Shown: piece by piece, positions 61,743 through 64,000 of the stretch
Position numbering within the stretch: position 1 is the first letter of the stretch
How the letters are laid out: each line of letters starts with the position of its first letter
From: Ignavibacteriota bacterium
GTDB lineage: Bacteria > Bacteroidota > Ignavibacteria > UBA10030
Length of the DNA stretch: 64,000 bases
Reading direction: 5' to 3'
Assembly (NCBI GenBank): GCA_963727825.1
Contig: CAVSHO010000009.1
Span: forward strand, 64,001-128,000
Notes under the pieces: generated by a model
Seen by the model: only the letters and a program-made list of their open reading frames with translations
Databases searched by the model: none
What the model was told of the DNA's origin: nothing
Position numbers and translations under genes: made by a program

Positions 61743-62487
61743 ATGGGATCTGCACGAATAGTAGCAGGTATAGCACTTCCCAAGAAGTTTTCTCCTACTG
61801 GTAAGTTTTCTTCTTTTACAATAAAAATCGGTAACAGAGAGATTCCAAAATATGAAGAAGAGTTTTGGACATCCAAGCAAAGACAATCTTCATCGTTGCA
61901 TGAAGTCTCATATCGCGCATGTTTTAAAGCCGAGGTCCCTCATTTCTTTATTCAATGGTTAACTGAATTTGACGATACTGTTTACGATCCTTTCAACGGA
62001 AGAGGAGACCTAATCAGACAGTCATTCAATAAAGGTGATAACTTTGAAATAAAATCTACCGCCTTTAAGCCACAAAATTATAATTTCATATTGACTGAAT
62101 TATCAACACTTGATTACGAATTTGCATCAGTATGTTTTCATAAAAAATTATTAGAAGGCGAAGGATTTTCATATCCAAAGAGTTTTTATAAATACGCATA
62201 TAGATTCTTGCTAGAAAATTTAGTCGAGTCAGGTACTAACAGCCGATCTCTTTTTTGACCAATATTCTAATACGAATTCCACATTTAGTAACGAGTTTAT
62301 AACTTATATAAAGAAAAATCAACCCATTATTAAGTCAGACCAAATTCAAATGGTAGATAGCAGACAATATCCAGGAATTCAATTATCAGATTTAATTTCT
62401 GGGGTAATCAGAGTCGAATTGGAAGGTTCGGAGAAATTGCTTCATTTAATCGACGACAAAAAGATCGATATTATTCACTACCCTTAA
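61743..62487 (+). pseudogene. Chimeric remnant: diverged copy of the MTase N-terminus fused to a DUF3800-like C-terminal part (+1 frameshift near 62232)
   Basis: EFWTSKQRQSSSLHEVSYRACFK...VYDPFNGRG, then FEIKS...SFYKY...FFDQ...MVDSRQYPGIQLSDLISG. Confidence 0.65.
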
Positions 62488-62510
62488 TATCCCTGTTGAA
62501 CATCTATAGC

Positions 62511-62678
62511 GTAAGATTAGATGAACATGTTGTGCCGCTCGGTGTTAAGGCGGGGTTTACATGCGTAGGCATAATTATCAACGAACAGTATTTCACAAAG
62601 ACATCTAACATTTGGGGTGTTGATAACAACGAAAAAGGCACAAACTCCAACCGTATTGTGATATTTCGAAAGAACTAA
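62511..62678 (+). pseudogene. Second copy of the MTase C-terminus
   Basis: LDEHVVPLGVKAGFTCVGII...IVIFRKN; differs from 61521-61595 mainly at synonymous positions. Confidence 0.8.
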
Positions 62679-62736
62679 GACAAAGCAAGTTCCACGGAAA
62701 CCTCTCACTTCTCCCAATCATTTTGTATATTTCAGT

Positions 62737-63582
62737 ATGAATAAGAACGAATTGAAAAGCCTTCACGTGATAATTCATCGTGCGCTCGAAGAAGATTTAG
62801 GTGACGGTGATATCACGACACTGAGCACAGTGCCGAGACATGCTATACTCAAAGGGACATTTATCGCAAAAGAATCCGGAATCATTGCCGGACTCGAAGT
62901 TGTGCACGAGACCTTGAAATATCTTGATCCACGAATAAAATTCACTGCGCATATATCGGACGGCGATCATGTTGAAAAAGGAACTATTCTTGCCACTGTA
63001 CGTGGCAACGGGCGCGCATTATTAATAGCGGAACGAACAGCGCTCAATTTCATCCAGAGGATGTCCGGCATTGCAACAGCAACCCGTCTTTATGTAGATG
63101 CTGTTAAGAGTACGAGAGCCATCATTGTTGACACACGTAAGACAGCGCCCGGCTTACGATTATTAGATAAGTGGGCAGTGCGAATCGGCGGCGGACAGAA
63201 TCACAGGTTCGGCCTATACGACATGGTACTTATTAAAGAGAATCACATTGCAGCGGCGGGAGGAATTACTCAGGCAGTTGCCCGCGTACGTGCGACGGAC
63301 AAAAAGAAACGTCCTATCGAAGTCGAAGTACGCGATCTAGACGAATTACATGAAGCACTTAAACTTAATGTGGATAGAATTCTGTTAGATAATATGACCC
63401 TAGATAAGTTGCACGAATCAGTACGTATCACGAATGGAAGAACGATGCTTGAAGCATCCGGCAACGTTTCACTGGAAAGTGTCCTTGCCATTGCTACGAC
63501 CGGTGTAAATATTATTTCCGTGGGCAAGCTGACGCACTCTGTGCGAGCGTTAGATATTAGTTTTTTAATAAAAGAAAAATAG
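62737..63582 (+). CDS. nadC: Quinolinate phosphoribosyltransferase
   Basis: [44 protein letters not shown]. Confidence 0.96.
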   Translation: MNKNELKSLHVIIHRALEEDLGDGDITTLSTVPRHAILKGTFIAKESGIIAGLEVVHETLKYLDPRIKFTAHISDGDHVEKGTILATVRGNGRALLIAERTALNFIQRMSGIATATRLYVDAVKSTRAIIVDTRKTAPGLRLLDKWAVRIGGGQNHRFGLYDMVLIKENHIAAAGGITQAVARVRATDKKKRPIEVEVRDLDELHEALKLNVDRILLDNMTLDKLHESVRITNGRTMLEASGNVSLESVLAIATTGVNIISVGKLTHSVRALDISFLIKEK

Positions 63583-63601
63583 ATTTTTAGATTCTATATT
63601 T

Positions 63602-64000
63602 ATGACACAAGACGAAATTTATCAAGACTTGAGAACAAAGCTGCACGATGTAGTGCCGGATGTTGAATTGCGCTTGAAATCAGAGCTTGCGTTTGAAATC
63701 AACAAGTTGAAGAAAGAACGCAATGCCGTTATTCTCGGGCACAACTATATGGAGCCGGCGCTTTTTCATTCCATACCGGATTATGTCGGAGATTCACTGG
63801 AACTCAGCCGCATAGCCAGCAAAACAGAAAAAGATATTATCGTTTTTTGCGGCGTGCGTTTTATGGCAGAGACAGCAAAAATATTATCGCCTCAGAAAAC
63901 GGTTTTAATCCCGGCAAAGAAAGCCGGATGTTCACTTGCGGATGGAATTACTGCAGAGGATGTCCGTCAATTAAAATCTAAATTTCCAGGTGTTCCGGTT
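63602..64000 (+). CDS. nadA: Quinolinate synthase, runs off the right edge
   Basis: Manual translation: [40 protein letters not shown]. Confidence 0.93.
   Translation, partial: MTQDEIYQDLRTKLHDVVPDVELRLKSELAFEINKLKKERNAVILGHNYMEPALFHSIPDYVGDSLELSRIASKTEKDIIVFCGVRFMAETAKILSPQKTVLIPAKKAGCSLADGITAEDVRQLKSKFPGVPV

Noticed and set aside
61521-62678. Diversity-generating retroelement VR/TR pair
   Set aside because: The differences are mostly synonymous third-position changes, not adenine-specific, and no reverse transcriptase is present.

Overview
AT-rich chromosomal window from a probable Ignavibacteria/Bacteroidota-superphylum bacterium. This placement is inferred from a T9SS-type C-terminal domain, the gene content and canonical sigma70 promoters. 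The left ~27.7 kb is a xylan/sugar utilisation island: GH116, GH3, PfkB kinase, a decayed GH10, xylA, xylB, galM, GH43, GH115, LacI and a ROK kinase. Nested inside it is a cobalamin/folate methyl-transfer kit. A corrinoid protein, a homocysteine-methyltransferase module, a MetH reactivation module and a UroD/MtaA-like protein lie directly behind GH115-GH43, converging on an fhs-acsE-like-metV-metF operon. A shared LacI-type operator, ATTGAACCGTTTYAAT, sits at the promoters of xylA, galM-xylB, GH115 and (as a variant) lacI. The best candidate for an undescribed system is anaerobic B12-dependent O-demethylation of 4-O-methylglucuronate from glucuronoxylan, with the methyl group routed to methionine or oxidised on THF to formate; this is inference from gene context. 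The right part is mostly housekeeping (folD, ymdB, surface polysaccharide genes, purM, parA, valS, queDEFC, acyl-CoA synthetase, dinB, truA, nadC, nadA). It also has small accessory items: an S8 protease preceded by a stand-alone copy of its own propeptide, a RAYT with REP hairpins, nested palindromic MITE-like elements, a VapBC cassette between perfect 76-bp direct repeats, and a mosaic DNA-methyltransferase/DUF3800 hotspot. Eight ORFs, including essential valS, carry +1 frameshifts that are most likely assembly errors. No rRNA, tRNA or CRISPR array was seen.
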